A stretch of 57,265 nt of DNA from Thermodesulfobacteriota bacterium (GTDB lineage: Bacteria; Desulfobacterota; GWC2-55-46; JADFVP01): assembly GCA_035288385.1 (NCBI GenBank), contig DATEAM010000130.1, forward strand, positions 1-57,265, written 5' to 3'. Position numbers and translations under genes: made by a program. Below the pieces are notes generated by a model that was given only the letters and a program-made list of their open reading frames with translations, ran no database searches and was not told the origin of the DNA. Of the stretch, positions 26,862 through 36,683 are shown piece after piece; positions within the stretch are counted from its first letter, which is position 1, and every line of letters starts with the position of its first letter.

Positions 26862-26960
26862 GGAGCCTTTCTGCAAGACACCCCTCGATGGATGAGGACG
26901 AAAGTTTTTGAAGGGGGGGGTGAGGGGAAAACTTTTTTCAAAAACCTTTCCTCCTGAAAA
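26862..26960. repeat. Internally deleted copy C of the nested-palindrome element
   Basis: A degenerate left arm (ggagcctttctgcaagacacccc) and the start of the central stem (gatggatgaggac) are joined to a right arm, aaagtttttgaaggggggggtgaggggaaaacttttttcaaaaacctttcctc. That arm aligns to 20939-20992. Confidence 0.5.
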
Positions 26961-26964
26961 AAAT

Positions 26965-28056
26965 ATGAAGATAAGGGTATCGGAAAACATAGCATCCCTC
27001 GTGCCCTACCCGCCTGGCAAGCCCATTGAGGAACTCGAAAGGGAGCTCGGGATCTCGGGCTCCATAAAGCTCGCCAGCAACGAGAACCCGCTGGGGCCTT
27101 CGAAGAAGGCGCTCGAGGCCATTCAGGGTTCTCTCGAGAGGCTCAACAGGTACCCGGACGGGGCGTGCTATTACCTTAAGGAGAAGTTGTCCTCCCGCCT
27201 TGGCATAGAGCCCGGGATGATAATCGTAGGCAACGGCTCGAACGAGATAATAGAGCTCCTTGTGAGGACCTTCATGGCCCCGGGGGACGAGGCCGTCATG
27301 GCAGACCCCTCCTTCGCAGTTTATCCTCTCGTGGTAAAGGCCGCGGGGTGTGTTTCGAGGAAGGTGGCCTTGAAGGACCTCACCCACGACCTCGACGCCA
27401 TGCTCGGCTCCGTTGGAGAGAAGACCAGGATGGTGTTCATAGCGAACCCTAATAACCCCACGGGAACGGTGGTCACCGCAAGGCAGTTCGCCCGCTTCAT
27501 GGAAAAGGTCCCTGAGGACGTCATCGTATGCGTCGACGAGGCCTATCGCGAGTACGTGAGGAGCACGGAGTTCCCGGACACCCTTCGGTATGTTAAGGAG
27601 GGCAAAAGGCCCGTCGTCATGCTGAGGACCTTTTCGAAGATATACGGCCTGGCTGGCCTGAGGATAGGCTACGGGGCTGCGAACGCAAAGTTGATAGATT
27701 ACATGGGCCGCGTAAGACAGCCCTTTAACGTAAATTCACTGGCTCAGGCCGCGGCCCTCGCGGCCCTCGACGACACCGAGCACCTTGAAAGGAGCATCCG
27801 AAACAACAACGAGGGGCTCGAATACCTCTTTAAAGAGGTCTCCGTTCTCGGTTACGAATGCGTGCCCACGGAGGCCAACTTCTTCCTCGTAAGGGTAGGC
27901 GACGGCAGGGCCGCCTACGAGGCCCTTTTGAGGAAGGGGGTCATCGTCAGGCCCATGGCGAGTTACGGGCTCGGTGAGTACATAAGGGTTACCGTGGGGC
28001 TCCCGGAGGAGAACAGGCGCTTTGTCGAGGCCTTCTGCGGCGTGGTAGCCCGATGA
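26965..28056 (+). CDS. hisC: Histidinol-phosphate / aromatic aminotransferase (class II)
   Basis: [20 protein letters not shown] ... [12 protein letters not shown] ... NPNNPTG ... [14 protein letters not shown] (PLP lysine). The track start at 26908 would translate the repeat element. Confidence 0.9.
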   Translation: MKIRVSENIASLVPYPPGKPIEELERELGISGSIKLASNENPLGPSKKALEAIQGSLERLNRYPDGACYYLKEKLSSRLGIEPGMIIVGNGSNEIIELLVRTFMAPGDEAVMADPSFAVYPLVVKAAGCVSRKVALKDLTHDLDAMLGSVGEKTRMVFIANPNNPTGTVVTARQFARFMEKVPEDVIVCVDEAYREYVRSTEFPDTLRYVKEGKRPVVMLRTFSKIYGLAGLRIGYGAANAKLIDYMGRVRQPFNVNSLAQAAALAALDDTEHLERSIRNNNEGLEYLFKEVSVLGYECVPTEANFFLVRVGDGRAAYEALLRKGVIVRPMASYGLGEYIRVTVGLPEENRRFVEAFCGVVAR

Positions 28057-28105
28057 AAAAATCGAGCAGAGACAAACACAACTTATGAGGGAGGGGCATA
28101 TAATC

Positions 28106-29119
28106 ATGATTATCGTGATAAAGAAGGACACCACACAGGAGGCGATAGACCATGTGGTGGCGAAGATAAAAGAGGCGGGGCTTGCCGTCCACATATCCAA
28201 GGGTAAGGAGCGCACCATATTAGGGGCCATAGGGGACGAGGCGGCGCTTGCGAGCATACCGCTGGAGACTTTCCCCGGGGTCGAGAAGGTGATGCCCATA
28301 CTTAAGCCCTACAAGCTCGTAAGCCGGGAGTTCAGGAAGGAGAACACGGTCATAGAGGTCGAGGGCGTAAGGGTGGGCGACAAGGAGATCGTAGTCATAG
28401 CCGGGCCCTGCAGCGTGGAGAGCAGGGAGTCGGTAACAGAGGCGGCGATAAAGGTGAAGGAGGCGGGGGCGAAGTGCCTGAGAGGCGGGGCCTTCAAGCC
28501 CAGGACCTCCCCCTATGACTTCCAGGGCCTCGGGCACGAAGGCCTGAAGCACCTCGCTGCGGCCAAGAAGGTGACGGGGCTTCCCATAATAAGCGAGCTG
28601 ATGGACCCGAGGGACATCGAGCTCGTCTGCGAGTACGTTGACATCGTCCAGATAGGAGCGCGCAACATGCAAAACTTCATGCTCCTGAAGGAACTCGGCA
28701 AGATTGACAAGCCCGTGCTCCTGAAGAGGGGGCTCGCCGCCACCATAAAGGAGCTCCTCATGAGCGCCGAGTACATAGCCTCGCACGGAAACAACAGGAT
28801 AATACTCTGCGAGCGGGGCATAAGGACCTTTGAGACGGCCACACGCAACACCCTCGATATAAGCTCCGTGCCCGTTCTGAAGCAGGAGACCCATCTGCCG
28901 GTCTTCATAGACCCGAGCCACGCCGTGGGAAGGTGGGACCTCGTTAATCCCATTTCAAAGGCCGCGGTGGCCGTGGGCGCCGACGGGCTTCTCATAGAGG
29001 TGCACCCCGACCCGGAGAAAGCCCTCTGCGACGGCGCGCAGTCACTCAAGCCCTCCAAGTTCTCATTGTTGATGGAGGAACTGAGGGTTGTGGCGGAGGC
29101 GGTGGGAAGGACTATTTAA
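28106..29119 (+). CDS. aroF: 3-deoxy-7-phosphoheptulonate (DAHP) synthase, type I-beta with N-terminal regulatory domain
   Basis: MIIVIKKD...[17 protein letters not shown] (ferredoxin-like regulatory domain, as in the Thermotoga-type enzyme), then AGPCSVES ... [13 protein letters not shown] ... DPSH. An SD GGGAGGGG lies 9 nt before the ATG at 28106. Confidence 0.9.
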   Translation: MIIVIKKDTTQEAIDHVVAKIKEAGLAVHISKGKERTILGAIGDEAALASIPLETFPGVEKVMPILKPYKLVSREFRKENTVIEVEGVRVGDKEIVVIAGPCSVESRESVTEAAIKVKEAGAKCLRGGAFKPRTSPYDFQGLGHEGLKHLAAAKKVTGLPIISELMDPRDIELVCEYVDIVQIGARNMQNFMLLKELGKIDKPVLLKRGLAATIKELLMSAEYIASHGNNRIILCERGIRTFETATRNTLDISSVPVLKQETHLPVFIDPSHAVGRWDLVNPISKAAVAVGADGLLIEVHPDPEKALCDGAQSLKPSKFSLLMEELRVVAEAVGRTI

Positions 29120-29181
29120 GGAAAGTGACGTGCTGTTACGCCGGGCCATGAGCCCAGAAAAATTATTCCTTCTCCCGGATA

Positions 29182-30081
29182 TTGATGTCTAATTCCACAA
29201 ACCCCCATTTTAAAAAGACCGCCGTCATAGGCGTCGGCCTTATCGGCGGCTCCCTTGCCGTAGAGCTCCGCTCCGAGGGGCTTACCGACGAGATAGTCGG
29301 CATAGGCAGAGGGAGAGCCAACCTCGAGACCGCTCTTAGCCTCGGGGTGGTGGACTCCGTTACGACCGACGTGGCCCAGGGGGTCGAGGGGGCCGACCTC
29401 GTGGTGGTCTCTGTTCCCGTGTTGAAGATCGCCGACGTCATAAGAATGGCGGCCCCTGTGCTGACCCCTCCGTGCATAATCATGGACGTTGGGAGCGTTA
29501 AGAAGGCGGTCATCGATGCGGTCGAGCCCCTTGTGCCCGAGGGGGTCCGCTTCGTGCCCACCCACCCCATAGCCGGCACCGAGGACTCGGGAGCTGGAGC
29601 GGCCTTCAAGGGGCTCTTCAAGGACAGGCTGTGCGTGCTCACCCCGACGGACAATACCGATAAGGAAGCCCTCGAGGCGGTAAGGTCCGTCTGGAGACTC
29701 GCGGGCTCGAACATCGTGGAGATGGACGCCGTCACCCACGACAGGATCTTTGCCGCCGTAAGCCACCTCCCCCACATGATAGCCTATACGCTCGTAAACA
29801 CCGTGGCCGCCGCCGGAGGCGACGAGACCGACATGGTGCGCTTCTCGGCAGGGGGTTTCAGGGATTTCACGCGCATCGCGTCGAGCTCCCCGGAGATGTG
29901 GACGGACATATGCGTCATGAACTCCGAGTTCATAGTCGAGATGATGGATAATTTTTCGTCGAGGCTCGAGGTCCTGAAGAGACTCATCTCCAGGGGCGAC
30001 CTCGACGGCATAAAGGAAGAGTTCAGAAAGGCGAAGAAGGTAAGGGACTCCCTGATAAGCGAGGGGTGGGACGAGGAGTGA
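29182..30081 (+). CDS. tyrA: Prephenate (arogenate) dehydrogenase
   Basis: Rossmann motif VIGVGLIGGSLA, catalytic region THPIAG, followed by DAVTHDRIFAAVSHLPH. Confidence 0.88.
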   Translation: MMSNSTNPHFKKTAVIGVGLIGGSLAVELRSEGLTDEIVGIGRGRANLETALSLGVVDSVTTDVAQGVEGADLVVVSVPVLKIADVIRMAAPVLTPPCIIMDVGSVKKAVIDAVEPLVPEGVRFVPTHPIAGTEDSGAGAAFKGLFKDRLCVLTPTDNTDKEALEAVRSVWRLAGSNIVEMDAVTHDRIFAAVSHLPHMIAYTLVNTVAAAGGDETDMVRFSAGGFRDFTRIASSSPEMWTDICVMNSEFIVEMMDNFSSRLEVLKRLISRGDLDGIKEEFRKAKKVRDSLISEGWDEE

Positions 30082-30139
30082 GACATGGAACGTCCCCGCA
30101 GGCCCGCCAGGGAAAAAATCCTCCTCAATATGACCATTC

Positions 30140-31444
30140 ATGGAAGATGACGTCATACATATAACCCCCGGCGGGAAACTCACGGGGGAGATGACCGTGC
30201 CCGGGGACAAGTCCATCTCCCACAGGGCGGTGATGCTCGGGGCCGTCTCCGAGGGCGTCACCGTGGTGAAAGGCTTCCTCGACGGCGCTGACAACCGCGC
30301 CACGGTTGACGCCTTCATGTCCATGGGGGTCGATATAAAGAGGACCGCTCCGGGAAGCCTTACCATTGAGGGCAGGGGCTTGCGCGGCCTCCGGGAGCCG
30401 GAGGACGTAATAGACGCCCACAACTCCGGCACCACGGCAAGGCTCCTTACGGGGCTCCTCTCGGCGCAAAACTTCTTTTCCGTCATAACCGGCGATAGAT
30501 CCCTCAGGTCCAGGCCCATGAGGAGGGTAGTTGACCCGCTCCTCAAGATGGGCGCGTGCGTGTGCGGCAGACGCGACTCGTCTCTCCTGCCCCTCGCCAT
30601 ACTGCCGAGAAAGCTTACCGGCATAAGCTACTCAACGCCTGTTTCGAGCGCGCAGCTTAAGTCCGCCATACTCCTTGCCGGGCTCTATGCCGAAGGGGAG
30701 ACGCGCGTTACCGAGAGGAGAAAGAGCAGGGACCACACGGAGAGGATGCTCGCCCTGTTCGGCGCCGACGTGATGGTCGAGGACCACTCGGTCATGGTAA
30801 AACCCGCCGGGGCGCTGAAGGGCTGCTCTGTAGTCGTCCCCGGGGACATCTCCTCGGCGGCTTTTTTCATGCTCGCCGCCCTCGTTACCCCGGGCTCCGA
30901 GCTCCTTATAAAGGACGTGGGGGTGAACCCCACGAGGACAGGGGTAATAGACGTCCTAAAAAAGATGGGCGGGTCCGTCGATTGTTACAACTCAAGGGTG
31001 GTAAGTGGAGAGCCCGTGGCCGACATACTCGTAAAGAGCTCTCCGCTTACGGGCGTGCACATATCCTCGGACGAGCTCCTTCCCGCCATAGACGAGTTCC
31101 CCGTACTCTGCGTGGCCGCCGCCCTTTCACGGGGCTCTACGACGATTACAGGGGCCGAGGAGCTGAGGGTCAAGGAGAGCGACAGGATAGCGGCCATGAG
31201 CCGGGCCCTTACTTCCCTCGGCGTAAAGAACGAGGAACGGAGCGACGGCATGATAATAGAGGGCATAGGTGCGGGTTTGCTTAAGGGCGCGAGGGTAAGG
31301 AGCCTGGGGGACCACCGCGTGGCCATGGCCCTCGCGATAGCCGCCATGAGGTCGGATAAGGGTGTGGAGGTAGAGGGTGGCGCATCCGTCGAGGTCTCCT
31401 TCCCCGGTTTTTTCACACAGCTTGAAAATATAAGGAAAGGATAG
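30140..31444 (+). CDS. aroA: 3-phosphoshikimate 1-carboxyvinyltransferase (EPSP synthase)
   Basis: VPGDKSISHRAVMLGA ... NSGTTARLLTGLL ... LRSRPM ... LRVKESDRI ... DHRVAMALAIAA. Confidence 0.95.
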   Translation: MEDDVIHITPGGKLTGEMTVPGDKSISHRAVMLGAVSEGVTVVKGFLDGADNRATVDAFMSMGVDIKRTAPGSLTIEGRGLRGLREPEDVIDAHNSGTTARLLTGLLSAQNFFSVITGDRSLRSRPMRRVVDPLLKMGACVCGRRDSSLLPLAILPRKLTGISYSTPVSSAQLKSAILLAGLYAEGETRVTERRKSRDHTERMLALFGADVMVEDHSVMVKPAGALKGCSVVVPGDISSAAFFMLAALVTPGSELLIKDVGVNPTRTGVIDVLKKMGGSVDCYNSRVVSGEPVADILVKSSPLTGVHISSDELLPAIDEFPVLCVAAALSRGSTTITGAEELRVKESDRIAAMSRALTSLGVKNEERSDGMIIEGIGAGLLKGARVRSLGDHRVAMALAIAAMRSDKGVEVEGGASVEVSFPGFFTQLENIRKG

Positions 31445-31462
31445 CCTACCGTCAATCAGGGC

Positions 31463-32164
31463 ATGGCAACGCAAAGGGATGAGAAGAAGGGCCCGGTAAT
31501 AGCCCTCGACGGCCCCGGAGGTGTGGGAAAAACCACGGTAAGCAGGCTCGTTGCAAGGAGACTCGGCTTAAGGTACGTGGACACCGGGGCGATGTACAGG
31601 GCGTTGGCCCTCGCGGTCCACGACTGCGGCGTAGATATTGAAAACGAAGAGGCACTTGAAAATTTTTGTGCAAGAGTTAAAATAAAATATGAAGTCCCCG
31701 CGGGAAGCGTCTCTGTAAACGACAGGGATTATACACACAGGATCCGTACCCCTGAGGCAAGCAGGCTCGCCTCCCTGGTATCGAAGAAAAGACCCGTGAG
31801 GAAAACCCTCGTAAGCTACCAGAGGACGCTCGCCGCGGCCGGCTCGGTGGTCATGGAGGGCCGCGACATCGGCACCGTTGTGTTGCCCCGCGCGGATATA
31901 AAGTTCTTCCTCGACGCAAGGCCCCATGTGAGGGCGCTGAGGAGGCACATCGAGATCAAGGGAGAAGGCGAGGCAGACTCTGTAGAGGTGGCAAGGGAAC
32001 TCGACGAAAGGGACAGGCGCGACACCGAGCGCGAGGCCTCGCCGCTGAAAAGGGCCGACGACGCCATCCTCATAGACACTACCGAGCTTGATATCGAAGG
32101 CGTCCTGGAAGAGATACTCGGTCATATCAAGGAGAGGTTGAAGGTTGGAGATACTCGTAGCTAA
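31463..32164 (+). CDS. cmk: Cytidylate kinase
   Basis: IALDGPGGVGKTTVSRLVARRLGLRYVDTGAMYRA ... MEGRDIGTVV. Confidence 0.93.
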   Translation: MATQRDEKKGPVIALDGPGGVGKTTVSRLVARRLGLRYVDTGAMYRALALAVHDCGVDIENEEALENFCARVKIKYEVPAGSVSVNDRDYTHRIRTPEASRLASLVSKKRPVRKTLVSYQRTLAAAGSVVMEGRDIGTVVLPRADIKFFLDARPHVRALRRHIEIKGEGEADSVEVARELDERDRRDTEREASPLKRADDAILIDTTELDIEGVLEEILGHIKERLKVGDTRS

Positions 32165-32987
32165 ATCAGCCGGCTTCTGCTTCGGAGTCAAGAGGGCTAT
32201 AAACGAGGCCGAGAAGACCGCCTCGGAAAAGGCATCCGACATATACACATTGGGGCCCATCATACACAACCCCCAGGTCGTCGAGAGGCTCGAGGACTCG
32301 AGGGTATTCGTAAGAGAGGGGCTCGACGAAATCGACAAGGGCACCATCATCATACGGTCCCACGGGGTAAAGCTCCAGGAGTACGAACTCGCCAGGAGCA
32401 AGGGCCTCGACATCGTGGACGCCACGTGCCCCTTCGTGAAGAAGGCCCAGGACCTCGTCTCCAGGCTCTCCGAGGAAGGTTACTCCGTCATCGTTGTGGG
32501 GCAGAAGGAGCACCCCGAGGTCAAGGGCATTATCAGCTACGGCCCTCCGGGCATAAGGGTGGTGGAGACCCCCGAGGAGCTCAAAGGCATGGCGAGGGAA
32601 AAGAAGATAGGCATAGTGGCCCAGACCACGCTCCCCATGAAAAAGCTCGAGGCCGTGGTCAGCTTCTGCGTATCGAGGGCCTCGGAGATAAAGGTCTTCA
32701 ACACCATCTGCAACGCCACTTCCATAAGGCAGGAGGAGAGCGCCTCTCTCGCCAGAGAGGTCGACGTCATGATAGTCGTCGGCGGCAGGAACAGCGCCAA
32801 CACGAAGAGGCTCGCCGAGATCTGCCGCTCCATCCAGCCCAGGACCCACCACGTGGAGGTCGCCGAGGAGCTCGAGCCCGCCTGGTTCGCCGACACGGAA
32901 AAGGTGGGCGTCACCTCGGGGGCCTCGACCCCGGACTGGATAATAGAGGACGTGGTCAGAAGAACGGCGCATCTGTGCCCGAAATAA
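32145..32987 (+). CDS. ispH: 4-hydroxy-3-methylbut-2-enyl diphosphate reductase
   Basis: MEILVAKSAGFCFGVKRAI ... GPIIHNPQVV ... DATCPFV ... NTICNAT ... VVGGRNSANTKRL. TTG start with an AAGGAGAGG RBS; overlaps the cmk 3' end by 20 nt. Confidence 0.93.
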   Translation: MEILVAKSAGFCFGVKRAINEAEKTASEKASDIYTLGPIIHNPQVVERLEDSRVFVREGLDEIDKGTIIIRSHGVKLQEYELARSKGLDIVDATCPFVKKAQDLVSRLSEEGYSVIVVGQKEHPEVKGIISYGPPGIRVVETPEELKGMAREKKIGIVAQTTLPMKKLEAVVSFCVSRASEIKVFNTICNATSIRQEESASLAREVDVMIVVGGRNSANTKRLAEICRSIQPRTHHVEVAEELEPAWFADTEKVGVTSGASTPDWIIEDVVRRTAHLCPK

Positions 32988-33058
32988 TTTGCACTTTAAC
33001 CAGCGCTATGATATCGTTTTAGGAATCCAAAAAAATAAAAACCGGGGGTATTATATTA

Positions 33059-34861
33059 ATGTTCGGAAGAGGGGCTAAGTCCGGCGCAGGGGGCGCCAAT
33101 TTAACGGATTTCGAGCAGATGTTCGACACGAAGATAAAGAAGTTTCAGGAAGGGGATATCGTTAGCGGAACGGTCATAGACATAACCGGCGATACCGTCA
33201 CGGTGGATATCGGTTACAAGTCCGAGGGGATCGTTTCCCTGAAAGAGTTTCTCGACAGCAAGGGAAAACCCACGGTCAGCGCGGGAGACGAGATAAAGGT
33301 ACTTATCGAGAAGCGCGAGGACTCAAACGGCTTCGTGGTTCTCTCCAAGGGAAGGGCCGAACAGCTCGAGTTCTGGGACGTGATAGAGGAGTCCTGCGAG
33401 AGCAAGGCCCCCGTGGAGGGCAAGGTCTCCCAGAGGATAAAGGGGGGATTTTACGTGGACATCGGGGGGCTTACGGCCTTCCTTCCCGGGTCCCAGGTCG
33501 ACTTGAAACCCGTAAGAAACCCCGACGCCCTCATCGGACAGTCCTTCGAGTTCAGGGTCCTCAAATACAACAGAAGGAAGAACAACATCATAGTATCGAG
33601 GCGCGCCATACTCGAGGAGGAGAGGGAGGAGCTCAAAAAGGTCACCCTCGAAAAACTCGAGGTGGGCGCCGTCATGGAGGGGGTCGTCAAGAACATCACA
33701 GACTACGGCGCCTTCGTGGACCTGGGCGGCATCGACGGGCTCGTGCACCTCACGGACCTCTCATGGGGCAAGATAAGCCACCCCACGCAGGTCCTTAAAA
33801 TCGGGGATACCGTATCAGTCAGGATCCTCAACTACGACAAGGAGGCAGGCAAGATTTCCCTGGGCATCAAGCAGACCAAGGCCGACCCCTGGCTCGCGGT
33901 AGCGGAAAACTACCCGGTGGGCTCAAAGGCCGCAGGCAGAGTCGTCAACATCACCGACTACGGCGCCTTCGTTGAGCTCGAGGAGGGCCTTGAGGGCCTT
34001 GTGCACATCTCCGAGATGTCATGGACGAAGATAAGGCATCCCTCGCAGAAACTCAAGGTGGACGACGAGGTCGAGGTGATGGTCCTCGATATCGACGCCG
34101 ATAACAAGAGGATATCGCTGGGCCTGAAGCAGGTGGAGCCCAACCCGTGGGACGGCGCCGAGGAGCGCTACCCCAGGGGCTCGAAGATCAGGGGGGTGGT
34201 CAAGAACATAACCGACTTCGGCATATTCATCGGCGTTGAGGATGGCATAGACGGCCTCGTACACGTCTCGGACCTGTCCTGGAGGAAGGTAAAGCACCCC
34301 ACCGAGATATTCAGGAAGGGCGAGGAGGTCGAGGCCGTGGTCTTGAATATCGACAGCGACAACAGGAGGTTCTCGCTCTCCACGAAGCTCCTCGAGAAGA
34401 ACCCCTGGGAGGGCGTAGAGGACAGGTACAAGCCAGGGCAGATAGTCGAGGGCACGGTGACGAGCATCGCCGAGTTCGGCGCCTTCGTCCTTCTCGAGGA
34501 GGGGCTCGAAGGGCTCGTTCACGTCTCGGAGCTCAACAGGGGAAAGAAAAAGGGGGTCGATCTGGAGGTTGGCGACTGCGTAGAGGTCGAGATACTCAAC
34601 GTAGACCCCAAGGACAACAAGATCGGGCTCAGCATACGGGCCATAAAAGGGAAAAGAGCCTCAGAAGAGGGCAGGGGCGGGAAGGCCGGGCAAGGGTCCA
34701 TGGCCCGGGAGGCCACAGGGGAGGAAGTGCCCCTTGAGCCCGAGGAGGCAGACTTCGAGGAAGGGGACGAGGGGGCCGAGCCCGAGCAGGCTCAACAGGC
34801 CCCGGAGGAGACCGAAGACGAAAACCCCTCCAATGAAGACGAAGGCGAGGGGCCGCGTTAA
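33059..34861 (+). CDS. rpsA: 30S ribosomal protein S1 (six S1 domains plus an acidic C-terminal tail)
   Basis: Repeated S1-domain signature (G.V..I...GAFV.L..G..GL.H.S). The tail from about residue 530 is Glu/Asp/Gly-rich. Confidence 0.95.
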   Translation: MFGRGAKSGAGGANLTDFEQMFDTKIKKFQEGDIVSGTVIDITGDTVTVDIGYKSEGIVSLKEFLDSKGKPTVSAGDEIKVLIEKREDSNGFVVLSKGRAEQLEFWDVIEESCESKAPVEGKVSQRIKGGFYVDIGGLTAFLPGSQVDLKPVRNPDALIGQSFEFRVLKYNRRKNNIIVSRRAILEEEREELKKVTLEKLEVGAVMEGVVKNITDYGAFVDLGGIDGLVHLTDLSWGKISHPTQVLKIGDTVSVRILNYDKEAGKISLGIKQTKADPWLAVAENYPVGSKAAGRVVNITDYGAFVELEEGLEGLVHISEMSWTKIRHPSQKLKVDDEVEVMVLDIDADNKRISLGLKQVEPNPWDGAEERYPRGSKIRGVVKNITDFGIFIGVEDGIDGLVHVSDLSWRKVKHPTEIFRKGEEVEAVVLNIDSDNRRFSLSTKLLEKNPWEGVEDRYKPGQIVEGTVTSIAEFGAFVLLEEGLEGLVHVSELNRGKKKGVDLEVGDCVEVEILNVDPKDNKIGLSIRAIKGKRASEEGRGGKAGQGSMAREATGEEVPLEPEEADFEEGDEGAEPEQAQQAPEETEDENPSNEDEGEGPR

Positions 34862-34935
34862 AGCCCCGGGGCCGCTGGGGGCCCGGGGCCGGACTATGAT
34901 TTCTATTATATACACCATCTTATAGAAGACCCTTA

Positions 34936-35808
34936 ATGATGTCTCTCATAAAGAACCTCTTGGCCGCCTTCGGCGCCCTTATCCTCATAATCATCGCTCT
35001 CATCCTGATAATCTCATATAATTTCTCGGGGCGTCTGAGCTACGGTGACAAGGTCGCCGTCGTCAAGGTGGAGGGCCTCATAACCGACGCCATGGAGGTG
35101 AACCTCAAACTGAAGGAGTTCGCCGAACGCGACGACGTAAAAGCGGTGGTGTTGAGGATTGACTCCCCTGGAGGGGCCGTAGGGCCTTCCCAGGAGATAC
35201 ACAGGGAGGTCAAGAGACTGAGGGAGACCAAGACGGTGGTCGCCTCCATGGGGTCCATAGCCGGCTCCGGCGGGTACTACGCCGCGGTAGCCGCCGAGAA
35301 GATAGTCGCCAACCCCGGGACCCTGACCGGCAGCATCGGCGTCATAGTGGAGTTCGTAAACGCCAGAGAGCTCCTCGATAAAATCGGCCTCAAGGGCTAC
35401 GTCATAAAGAGCGGCAGGTTCAAGGACGTGGGCTCTCCCTTCCGCGACATGGAGCCCGAGGAGAAGAGGATGCTCCAGGAACTCATTGACGACGTAAAGG
35501 GCCAGTTCATAGAGGCCGTGGCCGAGGGCAGGGGACTCACCACCGAAGAGGTGACCAGGATCGCCGACGGCAGGGTGTTCACGGGCTCCCAGGCCAAGGA
35601 CCTCGGCCTCGTCGACGAGCTCGGCAGCCTCGCAGACGCCATAGACCTGAGCGCCGAGCTCGCCGGGATAAAAGGCAAGCCGAAAGTCATATACCCGGAG
35701 AAGAAATTCGGAGGCTTCCTCCAGGCCTTTTTAGGCACCGAGTTGACCCGGAGTTTCACGGAAATCTTTTCGGGTTTGCGCATCATGTATCTTGTGCCGA
35801 CCCCATAA
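34936..35808 (+). CDS. sppA: Signal peptide peptidase SppA (36K type)
   Basis: N-terminal TM, then VVLRIDSPGGAV ... ASMGSIAGSGGYYAA ... VKGQFIEAV. Confidence 0.88.
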   Translation: MMSLIKNLLAAFGALILIIIALILIISYNFSGRLSYGDKVAVVKVEGLITDAMEVNLKLKEFAERDDVKAVVLRIDSPGGAVGPSQEIHREVKRLRETKTVVASMGSIAGSGGYYAAVAAEKIVANPGTLTGSIGVIVEFVNARELLDKIGLKGYVIKSGRFKDVGSPFRDMEPEEKRMLQELIDDVKGQFIEAVAEGRGLTTEEVTRIADGRVFTGSQAKDLGLVDELGSLADAIDLSAELAGIKGKPKVIYPEKKFGGFLQAFLGTELTRSFTEIFSGLRIMYLVPTP

Positions 35809-35832
35809 AGTTACGCAAGGAGGTTCAGGGAA

Positions 35833-36111
35833 ATGACCAAGAGCGAGCTTATCGAGGTAGTGGCCGCCAAGGTGGACAACTTCTCCAGAAAGGACGTGGA
35901 GATAATCGTCGACACGCTCTTTACGAGCATGTGCGAGAGTCTCTCGAAGGGTGAGAAGGTGGAGATCCGCGGTTTCGGGAGCTTCAAGGTGAAGAGCCGC
36001 GACGGACGCCAGGGGAGGAACCCGAAATCAGGGGAGAACATCTTTATCGAGAGCAAGAGGGTCCCCTTCTTCAAGGCCGGCAAAGAGATCCGCGAGAGAA
36101 TAAACAAGTGA
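35833..36111 (+). CDS. ihfB: Integration host factor beta subunit (HU/IHF family)
   Basis: MTKSELIEVVA ... VEIRGFGSFKVKSRDGRQGRNPKSGE...PFFKAGKEIRERIN; 92 aa, in the conserved position after rpsA. Confidence 0.85.
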   Translation: MTKSELIEVVAAKVDNFSRKDVEIIVDTLFTSMCESLSKGEKVEIRGFGSFKVKSRDGRQGRNPKSGENIFIESKRVPFFKAGKEIRERINK

Positions 36112-36112
36112 T

Positions 36113-36598
36113 ATGAAAAGCCTCTGGGCCCCGTGGCGCATGGAGTACATAGGCTCGGAGAAGCCCTCCGGATGCCTTTTGTGCGCGGCGGCGGGAAAGG
36201 GCATGTCCGACGGCTTTTACGTCCTTTTTACCGGTAAGGTCTCCACGGTGATGCTGAACAGGTACCCTTACAACTGTGGCCACCTCATGGTCTCGCCCAT
36301 CCGCCACGTGGCAAGTCTCGAGGACCTGACCGAAGAAGAGTCCGGCGACCTCTTCACTCTCCTCAGGGCCTCAACCGCCGCGCTCAAAAAAACCCTCAAC
36401 CCGGAAGGCTTCAACGTGGGCATGAACATCGGGAGGGCATCCGGCGCCGGCATAGAAGAGCACCTCCACATGCATGTCGTGCCGAGGTGGAACGGGGATA
36501 CGAACTACATGCCCGTTATCTCCTCCACAAAGGTCATGCCCGAGCACCTCGAGGAGACCTACAATAAACTAAAACCGCTCTTCGAGGGCCTCCGTTAG
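36113..36598 (+). CDS. HIT (histidine triad) family hydrolase
   Basis: The HLHMHVVPR histidine triad and NRYPYNCGHLMV. Confidence 0.88.
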   Translation: MKSLWAPWRMEYIGSEKPSGCLLCAAAGKGMSDGFYVLFTGKVSTVMLNRYPYNCGHLMVSPIRHVASLEDLTEEESGDLFTLLRASTAALKKTLNPEGFNVGMNIGRASGAGIEEHLHMHVVPRWNGDTNYMPVISSTKVMPEHLEETYNKLKPLFEGLR

Positions 36599-36648
36599 TG
36601 CCCGCGGCGCCCTCGAAAGGATTATCCCTCCCTCACGGCCAATTCCGC

Positions 36649-36677
36649 TTGACAGGGACTGCATTTTGTATTAAAAT
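36649..36677 (+). promoter_or_regulatory. Near-consensus sigma70 promoter
   Basis: TTGACA (36649-36654), 17-nt spacer, TAAAAT (36672-36677). Confidence 0.6.
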
Positions 36678-36683
36678 AAATGC

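Noticed and set aside
29116-30624. A 502-aa ORF on the - strand, the longest non-annotated ORF in the track.
   Set aside because: It runs antisense across two well-supported genes (tyrA and aroA) and has no recognisable motifs. Its composition is skewed and typical of the reverse complement of the host codon bias. It is a shadow ORF.
34862-34935. A GC-rich quasi-palindrome after rpsA (gccccggggccgctgggggcccggggcc) considered as a terminator.
   Set aside because: The stem is imperfect and no T-run follows, so I cannot support it as an intrinsic terminator.
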